A stretch of DNA of 64,000 bases from Octopus bimaculoides (Eukaryota). Under the pieces are notes generated by a model, which made no database searches, was not told where the DNA came from, and saw nothing but the letters and a program-made list of their open reading frames with translations. This document shows positions 52,110 through 64,000 of this stretch, piece after piece. The DNA lies in assembly GCF_001194135.2 (NCBI RefSeq), contig NC_068985.1, forward strand, positions 92,867,426 to 92,931,425, read 5' to 3'. A program made the position numbers and the translations under genes. Numbering within the stretch: the stretch's first letter is position 1; every line of letters starts with the position of its first letter.

Positions 52110-55100
52110 ATAGTCAATGTTCATGTTAAAAATTCCTGCCAAAAATTTACACTACATTCTTATTCTTTGAGATTAATTCTTATCCATGTGGAGAATTACA
52201 GGATAGCTTAAACATAAGCTTGTTTTAGGGATCGCTGACCAAAGGTGATCCAGTTGTAATAATCTCATTTGCGTATTCTGATCTTCATTAACCAGTATAA
52301 TCCCTCCATTTTTAAGACTTGTCTGTTCTTTGACAAAGATTTTGATGCTATTGCTGCCACAAAAAGTTTTCTTATGGTACAGCAAAAAATGTTTCTCCCT
52401 AAGTTAAGTTTCCAAGTGAATTCTAAATGGTGTAGTTTGAGAAGACAAAAGCTATAAAACCATGTTTACCTTGGAAAGAGTAGGTGTATATAGTTAGATT
52501 CATATCAGTTAATTCATTGTTGCCGTTTGCTTTCCAGTTGTTGTTTACAAACATTCACTCTTCTAATATTATATACAGTGTGTGTGATGGAGACATGTTC
52601 TTTTTGCCTCTTATCTAATAAAGTAAATAATTTCATGATTTAAAAAAAATTGTTCCAGTAAATCTGTTAAAATATAATTCCTCATTATAATCAATAGAAC
52701 AGAAAAAATTTTCTAGGTACAGATAAGAATTAATTTCCTAATACAGACAACAAAGAAAATACATATTCATGTATCAGTAATGAAAATTGACTGAAAAAAA
52801 TCCTTTTGCAGGGGAAAAATATTTTAATCTACTTTCTAAAATTATATTATTCCATTGGTTATCAGAAGCTTTTGTAGAGTTTCTGTAATGTATGTCTTCA
52901 GGATGACAGATTGTATCTATGGGTATATAGTATAAACTGATAAGCTCTAAATTGTAACTTTCTAATTTACGTTTATTTTTTTTAAATGTCTCTAATATTT
53001 GAATGGTTTGAATATACATAATATATACATACTATATATATGTATACATAATATATACTGACCCAGAGATCATTTCCTTTAAATAAGTGTCATTGTCTGT
53101 ATTGTTAATAATATTTTACTTCTCTTCAATAATCTGTTGAAAAATATATACTTCGCTTTACTGAGTTGTGCTGAAGGGTATCTAGTAAAAAAAAAAAAAA
53201 ATGAAATTCTGAATGTTTATGTCAATTTCTGGATTTGTTTAAGCATTTAACCCATTGCAATGGAAATGAAAATATGGTGCTGAAATATTTAAAATGATTA
53301 TTAACATAACAGCTTCAACAAAACTAAATAAAGTTTATTGTTAAAACTTAAGCGTTTTGCTTCAATGTTACCATTTCCTATATTAAAAAAAAGTGCTTTA
53401 TCATTAATATATATTAACATTGTGATATGACTTCAAAAGTTTTCTTTATCTATAATTACAACAGTCACTATCTTAATGACAGGGAGGCATTAGTGATTAA
53501 TATCTTGGCTTCAAAATCATTTTTATCGCATAGAATTGCTTGCACTGTTCTTGTTTGTGGAAGCTGCTGATTTTATTATTTTAATGACTAATACTCAATA
53601 TCATTCAAAGTATATCTTTATATTACCTGACAAGCTTATCACAATTTCCGCTATAGCTATCAAAATGATGGGCCCTGTATTTGTGAAGTATTTCTTTGAA
53701 GTTTTAATGTTCCTGTTAGAACTAAGGAATACAAGTGAAATCAAAGACTTTTCATGAGTTTTAGAACCTAGGTGAAAAGAAAAAAACCCATCAAACAATA
53801 AAAAGCTGTATCTTGATAATTTCATGTGTTATTTTCACCTTTTTATTTTGTGAAAAATTGCACAGTTTTTTAGCCTTAACTTGAACCTAGCTATGTTTCA
53901 CAAGTACAGTTGACACCCAAGATGTTGCTATTTGGAGCCTCTTTGCTTAATCTGTCACACAGATTATTTTAAAATCTATTTGGTTGGCATTCATATCGGT
54001 TCTGTTGTTACTATGAATATAGAAAAAATTTAACTGATTTCATTTTCCTAACATGGAACTGATAAAGCACTTTTGAAACTATAATAAAAAAGAAACATCT
54101 AAAAAAAAATACTAAATATTTAGCATGTGCACTAGAAAACTGAAATGTTTTTTTCAACAGTTGTTTTCTAATATCTGCACTAGTTTTCGCAATGTCATAC
54201 GAAACTTTTATCAGCTGACTTGTGATATAATTTGTGGTTTGTGTGTAATCATACTAAATTTTGCTGTGAAGATTGCTTGAAATTGGAAGAAATTAGCATA
54301 CAAGTTAACTGAAATACATGATAAATGTCTTATTTATCCTAATTCTCTCTCACCCTTTTTTTTTTTTTGTTAGGCCTCAAGACTTAGTATACACCTGCGA
54401 ATACTTTTTGATTTAGGCATAACCATCTCAATAATTCTGTCACATGCAGACTGTGACTATACTTTGATAAAGCAAACATTTTTAATTATACCATCACACC
54501 TGACAGCATATCTTCACAGTGAGACTAAGTATGCAAACATGCGTAGTTTTGCTGTAAAGTTTATGAGAACATGTGATCGGGAATGAAAGTATTATATCAA
54601 CAGATAAATTAATGCTAATATATTTAATGCAGGGAATATCACAATGTTAGCTAGAAGTCCACTGGGGAAAGAAATAAAAATTAGTCCTCAATAATTAATG
54701 TTATTTTTACAGCCACCCCTACAGAAAATAGCCTTGGATAGACTTGGGATCTATTCTAACCTTCCTAGTAAAGCACAGCTTGCCTAAATAGAAATGTAAG
54801 AAATACTTAACATACAAGGTTATATATTTGTGGCAGATTTTATTAATTAAATATCAATGATGGCATTTCTTATTATTTGCTTGAGAATTTCTGTAATATA
54901 AAAGATTCTAAATAAATAGTTCAGTAAGGTTGTAATACCCTCTCCCCTTCTTCCTATGATTTGATGCTTTCAGTTTTTACTCTACCAAATATTTTGATGT
55001 TTCCATTATTCTATTTACACAATTTTTGTAAAAGTATATATTTCATTTTAGTTCAGTTATGGAAATTTTTCTTTGGGTAGGTTTTTTTCTGCTGCGTTGT

Positions 55101-55461
55101 AACAGCTTTTTGCATTCTGAGTTCAAATACCATGAAGTTCAACTTTTCCTTTCATCTATACAGAAGATTTAGGTTCAAGTCTCATGGATAACCTTCAGTT
55201 TTTTTCCTTCCAAAAGAGTTTTTAACCCAATATTTTTTACATGCTATCATTAATGACTTACTTACTTTGAGTGCAACAGTTGAAAAAAAAAAGCATAAAC
55301 TAAATATTGGTGTTGATTTGAATGGCAGCTTATCTCCACCAACATATAAGGGTCTAGCTTGATGTAGTAAAGATTGTCTTTCCACCTACTGTCAGGTTCT
55401 CACAACAGGAGATGTGACACAGCAGTTAATTTAGTTGTTGCATTAATATTATCTAACTGTA

Positions 55462-55673
55462 GGCAGTGAACTGGGTGAAATGCTTAGCAGTATTTCATCT
55501 GCTGTTAAGTTCTGAGTTCAGATTCCACTGATGTTGACTTTGCCTCTCATCCTTTCAGGGTCGATTGAATAAGTACTAGTTACATACTGGGGTCAATGTA
55601 ATCGACTTAATCCCTTTGTCCTTGTTTGTCCTCTCTGTGTTTAGCCCCCTGTGGGCAATAAAGAAATAAATAG
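55462..55673 (+). mobile_element. tRNA-derived SINE, family D, with 12-bp TSD
   Basis: TATCTAACTGTA is repeated at 55450-55461 and 55674-55685. B-box-like GAGTTCAGATTCC. Confidence 0.88.
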
Positions 55674-58353
55674 TATCTAACTGTACCACCCTATATTATT
55701 TCCAACACACACTTTATAAATCCACCCCCACATAACATAAACACATTCTCTTTTTAAAAGTGGACTCTATTAACAAAAAACAAAACAAAACAAAACAAAA
55801 CAATTTCTTTTCCTTTGTGCTTTCATAACTGATCAAAACAGAATGTGAATATACGCTTTTTGGATTGAGTGTTTCTATATTAGGTACTTATGTGTTGTTC
55901 ATTTATTGTATAGTGAGAATTCAAATGCTGTATTATGGCGCCAAATGCTTTTCACTTTTATTAATAAATTGTAGAGTTTTAGATTTCTCTTCAAATTCCA
56001 GTAAATGGTTAATTTATAAAACTGCTTCATGAATATTGCTGTTGTTGTTAGCATACCTGTGTGCTTTCCAATCACCTTGATTCCTGGTTTGATCACACTG
56101 CATGGCATCTTGGACAAGTGTCTTCTGTTACAGTTTTGGGTTGAGCAACTCATTGTGAGAGAAAATTGGTAGAGAGAAACTATGTAGAAGACTGTTGTAA
56201 TAGATGAAGATTTGATTTCTGCTACATTGTATTGTGTGCATGTATATCTTTTGCTGATGCACATCACTGAATGGAACAATAAAACCAGGACTTGGGAACA
56301 CCAAATTTTAAATGCAGCCAAACTCAAAATATGAACTACTGGCTTAACTCTGAAGTAATGATTGTCTAGTCCTAGGTCAACCTTGATCAAGTTGATCTGT
56401 AATTAAAAACATTCCAGTTTTGACAATTCTGTCTTTTATTTAGGCTTAGTTTGTCTCTGACTAAATTAACCAAAATACACCTACTTTCTCAAGATGGTAA
56501 AGAATGAGTTAAAGGAGATTTGTTTACCATTTCCAGTATGCTGAGAGACCGCATGTTAATTTTCTTGAAGTACTCTGTCTTTCATAAAAATATTATTCTC
56601 ATGAACTCTGTCATAATTTATTATTCATATCCAACATTGGCTAACTGTAAGAAAAATATCTTATAGATCTAATATTTTGCTGATTTTCATGAAAAATCAA
56701 TCTTGAATATCAAAAGTGGACACCAATATAATTTTTAACATTAGATTATAACTTAAGTTCCCAAAATGGGTGAATCACAAACATTATTCACCTCCAACAA
56801 AATCTAATAAAATCACTTCAAAGAAACATTGACGTACGATAACATGAAATATATCACTATTGATGAATTTATATAGAAATAATCATTGCTAATTTTAAGG
56901 AAATTTGAATTATTTTAAAGATAGACTGCACAAACCATTGGAATAAATACATGTATAATACTGCTTTCTGTCCCTCGTATGATTTTCATACTATATCAGA
57001 AATTATTATTGCTATCAAATATTTTTCTCAATATTTCCCTCTTTTCTTTAAAAAATATTTGAAGCATGGGATACAAGACATGATTTGCTTTAGAGAGTAA
57101 AAATTATGTAATTTTTTTAAATTTTGAATATTGGTTAAATTATAAAATAAGGATACTTTTGGATGTTCAATCTTAGCTAAAACTTAACTTTGTTCAATCT
57201 TAGCTAAAGCTTAACTTTTGGTTAACCGTCATTAAAAACTAATTCTTTAATTGTAGGAAAATTTTCTGCAACTAGTAAAGGAAAATTCAAGAAAATGTTT
57301 GTCAATCTTAATTCTTTTAAACAAAAATAACAATTTATTGCTAAAAGAAATCTTAACTACTAACATCATAAGTTTATATTTGATATCACATTTCCCAAAT
57401 TTGTATATTTTTGAACATCTTATTTAGATAGCTTCTACTTAAATTTTTATTAAATAGGATATCTTAAGTGTATAGGTTTTAACTCACTAGGTTCCATAAC
57501 AATAATCTGTCATTGTTGTTGTTGTTGTAAAGTTATCAACAATTATATCAGTTTCTTATTGTTTTGTTGTTTTTCTTTTCACTTGTTGATATAAAAAGAA
57601 ATCTTCATGATAATTTTTTACAAGTTTATACTGCTTTCACAATGGCAACAATTAAGAGGACAGTGCTTGTTGTAACTGAATATATCAGCTTTGTTACTGT
57701 GTTGAACTCTATTCAGGTTTATATACCTCTCAGCGATATGAAAACTTCCTTTCAATTAGTCTGAAAGTTGAATTTCATATCAGTAATGTATTTTCATATG
57801 ACTACATATCTAACACTACTAATATTAAGATTGATTGTTAAAGTTTAAAATAATATATTTTGAAACCCTTTACTTGTATATTATTTTGAAATTATATTCT
57901 GTATATATTCAAAACTTAGCTGTTGAACCCAGAAATCATATCCAAAGTTGCAAAATATTTCACACCATTTGGCTGTCTAAATGATTTTCTTTCATTAATG
58001 ATCTTTATAAGCATCTGATGCATTGTGATCATATCAGGAGTATATTTGTATTGTTTAAGAACATACGATGTCTGTGACAGAATCATTATCAGAATTTTAA
58101 GTTGAAAGGTCGAATTGATTTTGGTGTAGACATTCTTTTGGCATGGCATTAGCCAAACCAGAAACGAAAATAAAATAATAGAATTAAAAATATCATCGTA
58201 TCAAACAATAAAATTTCTGCTGATGTTCAGTGAAATGTTGTGTATTGTCATAAAATTTAAGAATCTAAATAGTAAGCTATAACATGAAAAATTTGAGAAC
58301 ATTTTTTTTTAAATATTGACATAGATCAAGCTACTGAAGATTACAGACTGCTA

Positions 58354-58633
58354 TGGCATTCCATCAGTTACAACAACAAGGGTTCCAGTTGATCGGATCA
58401 ACGGAACAGCCTGCTCGTGAAATTAATGTGCAAGTGGAGATTCAGCATGACACTGAGTGTGATAAGGCTGGCCCTTTGAAATAAAGGTACAACAGAAACA
58501 GGATGAAAGAGTGAGAGAAAGAGTACAGCAGGGTTCACCCCCCCCCCCCGCTCAATAAACATTCACAACGCCCAGTCTAAGAATTGAAACCACAATCCTA
58601 TGACCTAACCACTGAGCCATAGTGCCTCCACTG
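58354..58633 (-). mobile_element. tRNA-derived SINE, family C, internally deleted, with 13-bp TSD
   Basis: TTACAGACTGCTA is repeated at 58341-58353 and 58634-58646. Collinear with 19491-19870 apart from several deletions. Confidence 0.88.
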
Positions 58634-59003
58634 TTACAGACTGCTACTGTTAAAATAGTTATCTGACTTCAATGTTCCTAATTGTTAAATGGCAAAAAGG
58701 CTGACTTTGAGTGATGGGGGAAGCCTAATTGCTTTGCTGTGGCCTAATTATTTCTGCAGCATAACAAATGAAATTATCTTTAGGGGGAGAATGTGTATTC
58801 ACAACTATTATCCCTACCCTTTCTATTTATCACATGTATATTGAAATCTGAATCCAGCTGAGGATTGCTTTTATACTTTTACAATATCATTGACTTCTGA
58901 AAGTCTTCATCAACAGCATCAGCATCATCATACTCTGCTTCCTCTGCTGGAATAAGACAGGAATTTAAACATTGCATTATTTGATACTCAGAAATATGTA
59001 TTG

Positions 59004-59760
59004 TATGAGATGCATTTCAGAAGTTTTCATGCATTTTTGGGAGAGGTAGTTACAACTGTTCTAAATTATTGCAATTTTAGTATATTTTTACAATACATCT
59101 AATAAGTTGACTTGCCAGCTTTTGTTATTCCAAATCATAGGAGGTACCTGTAAACAACACTTTGAATATACCCCAATAAACAAGGTTTGGCACAGCTGAC
59201 CAGTTTGCAGAATGCAGTTGCAACTTGAGGACAAGTTGAAAGTTTGCTATGCAATAAAGTTTTGCATTAAACTGGGCAAAAATGCAAGAGAAAATTATGA
59301 AATGCTTTGGGCTGCTTATGGATGAATGTGTATGGGTTAAGCATGTGTTTTCACTGTAGAAAGAGGCCAAGCAAAGCAAGTCCACCAGGGAGCTGGTGAT
59401 AATCCTCTTTGTCAACATCAAGGGCTTCATCTACATCTACTGGGTTCCCTCTGGCCAAATGGTCAACAAAGGGTATTTTGTGGAAGTTCTGAGGAAGCTT
59501 TGGAAGAGATTTCATTGCAAACGGCCAGAGCATCTGCTCCAGTCTCCAATTCCATCCTGGTAACCAAATACTTGGCAGAGATAGGCATCAGAACTGTTCC
59601 TCACCTTCCCTACAATCCAGACCTTGCTCCCTGAAGGGCGACAACAAGTGTACCGAAGTCAGGGAATCCTACTTTGAAGGAGATTAGAATTTTGTACTTC
59701 TTTGAAATTAATAAACGTCTCACCTGAAAAAGTCTCAAAACTTATGGAATGCACTTTGTA
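59004..59760 (+). mobile_element. Internally deleted mariner with TIR remnants
   Basis: The ends TATGAGATGCATTTCAGAAGTTTT and AAAACTTATGGAATGCACTTTGTA are imperfect inverted repeats. It reads YAIKFCIKLGKNARENYEML, YWVPSGQMVNKGYFVEVLRKL and VPHLPYNPDLAP (mariner YSPDLAP motif). Confidence 0.8.
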
Positions 59761-60400
59761 TTTTTTGTGTTATTAGAGGAAAAACAAGAATTATATTAAA
59801 AAACATGATTTTGACTTAAATAACTACAAATCCCACCTCAAGACTGTTTTTTGGGTGCTAAAAGTACTTGGAAACTACTTTGTCATTGTAGCAAACAAAG
59901 GTATTTTAACTTGATTATAATTTCTGACACATTTTAAACTGTTAAAGGTTACTTCAAAGTAAATATTGTATGAAATGATGCAGGTTTTCTGTCTGATTTC
60001 CTGCAACCTTAGATCAATGGCTCTGAAACTGACAATAATTGTAATATTTTGTACCCCTTCTTTTCTCTTTATTAATGAGAAGACAAATTAGTTCGCATCA
60101 ATATAATTTGTCTGTCTTCATAGTCTTGGATGAGTTTAAAAAGATTAAAACAATCTGTGTATTAATGCAACAGTAGATTCTAACCCAACTAGCTTTTGCA
60201 TTATACTGAAGGAAGTCAAAGGAGAGGAAAAGAGAAAAGCAGAGAAAAAAATAGCAAATAAGAGATAATAATGGTAAACAGTGATAGTAGTGTTTGTTGT
60301 TTGTGTTGGCTCCTGTTTGTTGTTGACAGCCATGATTGTATTTGTGGTGTCAATAATGACTTCTTGCACTAAAACACGTGTTAAATCATAGTGCGCATGT

Positions 60401-60682
60401 CATCATTCATCATTTAACGTCTGCTTTCCATGCTGGCATGGGTTGGACGATTTGACTGAGGACTGGTGAACCAGATGGCTGCACCAGGCTCCAATCTGAT
60501 CTGGCATAGTTTCTACAGATGGATGCCGTTCCTAACGCCAACCACTCTGAGAGTGTAATGGGTGCTTTTACGTGCCACTGCTTCAAGGGCCAGTCAGGAG
60601 GTACTGGTAATGGCCACACTCAAATGGTGTTTTTTATGTGCCACTTGCACAGGAGCCAGTCCAGCAGCACTAGCAACGACCT
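60401..60682 (-). mobile_element. RTE-type 3' tail element
   Basis: Collinear with 63733-64000. Confidence 0.85.
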
Positions 60683-60876
60683 TTATTTTGAATCGATTTG
60701 ATTTTCTATTTGAAAATGTGGTTATGAAACACATGTAGTTGTTTTATTATTTTAATATTTATTACTTTGTATTTCTATTATAGATCTTTTTAATATATTT
60801 ACTTATTAAATTTTTCTATGTGTGACTGTGGATTTTCATGGATGAGTTCAGGGATTGTGGGTTTTTTTCTCTAAGT

Positions 60877-60907
<31 letters not shown>

Positions 60908-62168
60908 GCAATTCAAAAACTAAATTATTCATTGTCAGCTTTTTTTTACTACTTACAAAATAACTACAATAACTACCCCCTCCATTAACTAGCACCAAAA
61001 TTATTATCTCAATAAACTATTACATTTCTCAGTATATATGAGTATTGCTATGACTATACACCTGTATCAATTCAGTATTTTATTTTTTATTTGTTTCCTC
61101 CTATCTTTCACTGTTACCATCCCAACTAACAGTTGTCTCAGTTTCCTTTTCCATCTCCCCTCCAATCTCTTACCTGTCATTCATCACTCTCCCTTATTGC
61201 AATTTATTACAATGACAGATGACTAAAGTTATTAATGCTCATTAGTCTTAGTTTTATTAAGTGTTTCGCCATCTTGTCTATCCACCCCTTTGAGAAACAT
61301 TGATCATTCATATTTACATATCACCAAAATTACATATTAACTCAGATTAGGAAAATATTAGTTAGGATTATAGTTTGATTCTTCCATCTAAAAGATGGTA
61401 GTGTGTTTTTATTTTTTTACTGATCCCATGTCATTGAATTGCAGCCAGTTCGGTACTTGTTTTATTGATCTCTGCCTGTTGAACCACAAAGTTGCAGACA
61501 TGAAGGGGTTCAACATAACCAGTGCAAACATAATCCATATAGAGTTGCGAATATGATGAAATAGACAAAATCTCTATAGAATTTATTGTTTAATATCTAA
61601 GTAAGCATAATAGATACATTACACAATTAGTACAACCTGTATGCTCAAAATTCCAGATCTGTTCGTATGTTAGGTTTTGTTTGTGTTATTTTTTGCATGT
61701 ACATTTTTATCATTCCTTCTCACTAGAAAGGGCTGCAATAAGTAATCCTTCTTAATGATAGGCAAATGCCATCAGTTTGGTCACAAATAATATCCTAACA
61801 AAAGATGTTAGTGTAATGCGGTTTCATTTCTAGTATAGATTTAAACTAGCATATAGACTGTCTCTTAAATGGAACATGTTAATTTCAAAAAGGAAAGCTA
61901 GAACAATTGTTAGTTCAGTTCATTATTTAAGTAGTAGTAGCAGTAGTAGTGTGTTCTCAGGCACATGCATACACACATGCATCATCTTCATTTGAATATC
62001 CATGTTCCATGTAAGGATGGTTTGATAGGATCTGATGCATTCAAAGATTGCACTGTATTCCAGTCACTGCTTTAGCGTGGTTTTTACTGCTTAATGCTCT
62101 CCCTAATGCCAACTACTTTACAGCACATATACATATTGATATATAATGTATATATATATATATATCGC

Positions 62169-62312
62169 CATCATCGTTTAACGTCCGCTTTCCATGCTAG
62201 CACGGGTTGGACGATTTGACTGAGGACTGGTGAAACCGGATGGCAACACCAGGCTCCAATCTGATTTGGCAGAGTTTCTACAGCTGGATGCCCTTCATAA
62301 TGCCAACCACTC
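62169..62312 (-). mobile_element. RTE-type 3' tail element, cut by the gap
   Basis: Near-identical to 63733-63880 and runs into the N gap. Confidence 0.85.
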
Positions 62313-62925
62313 NNNNNNNNNNNNNNNNNNNNNNNNNNNNNNNNNNNNNNNNNNNNNNNNNNNNNNNNNNNNNNNNNNNNNNNNNNNNNNNNNNNNNNNN
62401 NNNNNNNNNNNNNNNNNNNNNNNNNNNNNNNNNNNNNNNNNNNNNNNNNNNNNNNNNNNNNNNNNNNNNNNNNNNNNNNNNNNNNNNNNNNNNNNNNNNN
62501 NNNNNNNNNNNNNNNNNNNNNNNNNNNNNNNNNNNNNNNNNNNNNNNNNNNNNNNNNNNNNNNNNNNNNNNNNNNNNNNNNNNNNNNNNNNNNNNNNNNN
62601 NNNNNNNNNNNNNNNNNNNNNNNNNNNNNNNNNNNNNNNNNNNNNNNNNNNNNNNNNNNNNNNNNNNNNNNNNNNNNNNNNNNNNNNNNNNNNNNNNNNN
62701 NNNNNNNNNNNNNNNNNNNNNNNNNNNNNNNNNNNNNNNNNNNNNNNNNNNNNNNNNNNNNNNNNNNNNNNNNNNNNNNNNNNNNNNNNNNNNNNNNNNN
62801 NNNNNNNNNNNNNNNNNNNNNNNNNNNNNNNNNNNNNNNNNNNNNNNNNNNNNNNNNNNNNNNNNNNNNNNNNNNNNNNNNNNNNNNNNNNNNNNNNNNN
62901 NNNNNNNNNNNNNNNNNNNNNNNNN
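62313..62925. other. Assembly gap (N run)
   Basis: N characters. Confidence 1.
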
Positions 62926-63073
62926 ATGAAAAAACACAGAAGATTTATTTTATGCGACTAAAGAATATATTTAAATTGTCATGGCAGTGTATAATACTTT
63001 TGCCATGACGATTTGAATGTATTCTTTAGTCTCATAAATCAAATCTTCAGTGTTTTTTTCATCTTATTTCTTT

Positions 63074-63110
<37 letters not shown>

Positions 63111-63254
63111 TGTGTGTGTGTGTCAGAGATAGATAATGGAATTCTCAAGACAATTGGAACCTGCTGCAGCTCTCCAGCTGGCCAACTCCTCTTCAACCAT
63201 CCAACCCATGCCAGATTGGAAAACAGACATTAAGTGATGCGGATGAGATTCCTT

Positions 63255-63542
63255 ATTCAAATCTTCTACAATTGTTTTCACTCATCCTGCACCTGTGGCT
63301 CATAAGTAAGATGCTCTGCTATCGATTGTCTTGCATCACAGCTGTAGAATGCACCACTTCAGGTGACATTTTAAATAAGTACTGTGCTATTTTTCCTTGC
63401 AGTTTCATTTAGCATTATAACCTTGTATATCTGGGTGATGAGGTACATTCTACAGCTGTGATGCAAGACTACTGATTGTACAGCATCTCAGCTATGAGCT
63501 ACAAGTGCAGAATGAACCAAAAGAATTGTAGTAGATTTGAAT
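63255..63542. repeat. Long inverted repeat / hairpin (about 101-bp arms, 86-nt loop)
   Basis: 63255-63355 matches the reverse complement of 63442-63542 with 18 mismatches in 101 by hand. There is a perfect 24-bp core, GTCTTGCATCACAGCTGTAGAATG. Confidence 0.9.
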
Positions 63543-63732
63543 CTCGTGAATTTAATTTTCTGTCTTTGATCTATTTATATAAATACTGTGAACACTCAGG
63601 AATTCCTGAAGTAAAGTAAATCCTGTTGCGTACGCATTTCTATTATTCATGACATTAGGTAACCAAAAACTGTAGATGAGCTTAACACAACATCCCACAA
63701 AGTCTCTACCTGAATATATTTTCACATATATA

Positions 63733-64000
63733 TCATCATCATCGTTTAACGTCCGCCTTCCATGCTAGCATGGGTTGGACGGTTTGACTGAGGACTGGTG
63801 AAACTGGATGGCAACACCAGGCTCCAATCTAATTTGGCAGAGTTTCTACAGCTGGATGCCCTTCCTAACGCCAACCACTCAGAGAGTGTAGTGGGTGCTT
63901 TTACGTGTCACCCGCACGAAAACGGCCACGCTCGAAATGGTGTCTTTTATGTGCCAACCGCACAAGAGCCAGTCCAGGGGCACCGGCAACGATCTCGCTC
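63733..64000 (-). mobile_element. RTE-type 3' tail element (runs off the window end)
   Basis: Reads (CAT)n-CGTTTAACGTCCGC.. and is CpG-rich, so it is probably young. Confidence 0.88.

Noticed and set aside
55899-56390. Longest non-repeat-looking ORF (163 aa, minus strand)
   Set aside because: Its middle (about 56035-56200) is a decayed family-A SINE head/core (CTTGGACAAGTGTCTTC), and the peptide has no recognisable motif.
62230-62961. 219-243-aa ORFs in the ORF track
   Set aside because: Artefacts of reading through the N gap.
62169-63880. Near-identical RTE tails either side of the gap as an assembly duplication
   Set aside because: They differ at several positions and have different flanks, which fits two young insertions better. 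Long reads would settle it.

Overview
AT-rich animal genomic DNA with two assembly gaps (25222-25928, 62313-62925). I recognise no protein-coding gene. The ORF-track hits are microsatellite read-through, N gaps, decayed transposon frames or chance ORFs, so this is most likely a very long intron or an intergenic region. The repeat types seen (tRNA-head SINEs with internal microsatellites, RTE-LINE tails ending in (ATG)n, dense TA/CA/GA/TAT microsatellites) suggest a coleoid cephalopod, probably Octopus; this is an inference from recognition, not a database result. The window holds several Tc1/mariner-superfamily relics (two mariners, a fold-back mariner 3' end, a maT/DD37D-like element, a Tigger/pogo fossil, a 127-bp MITE), RTE and CR1/L2 LINE fragments, and at least four tRNA-SINE families, several with clear TSDs. 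The most notable object is a ~510-bp palindromic element at 15151-15661. It has two back-to-back tRNA-like Pol III heads, each followed in sense by a decayed minimal hammerhead-ribozyme motif, one truncated end and a 9-bp target-site duplication. Also notable are a perfect AG|GTAAG recursive-splice-site/micro-exon candidate at 18539 and two more fold-back hairpins at 29350-29753 and 63255-63542. All alignments and translations were done by hand.
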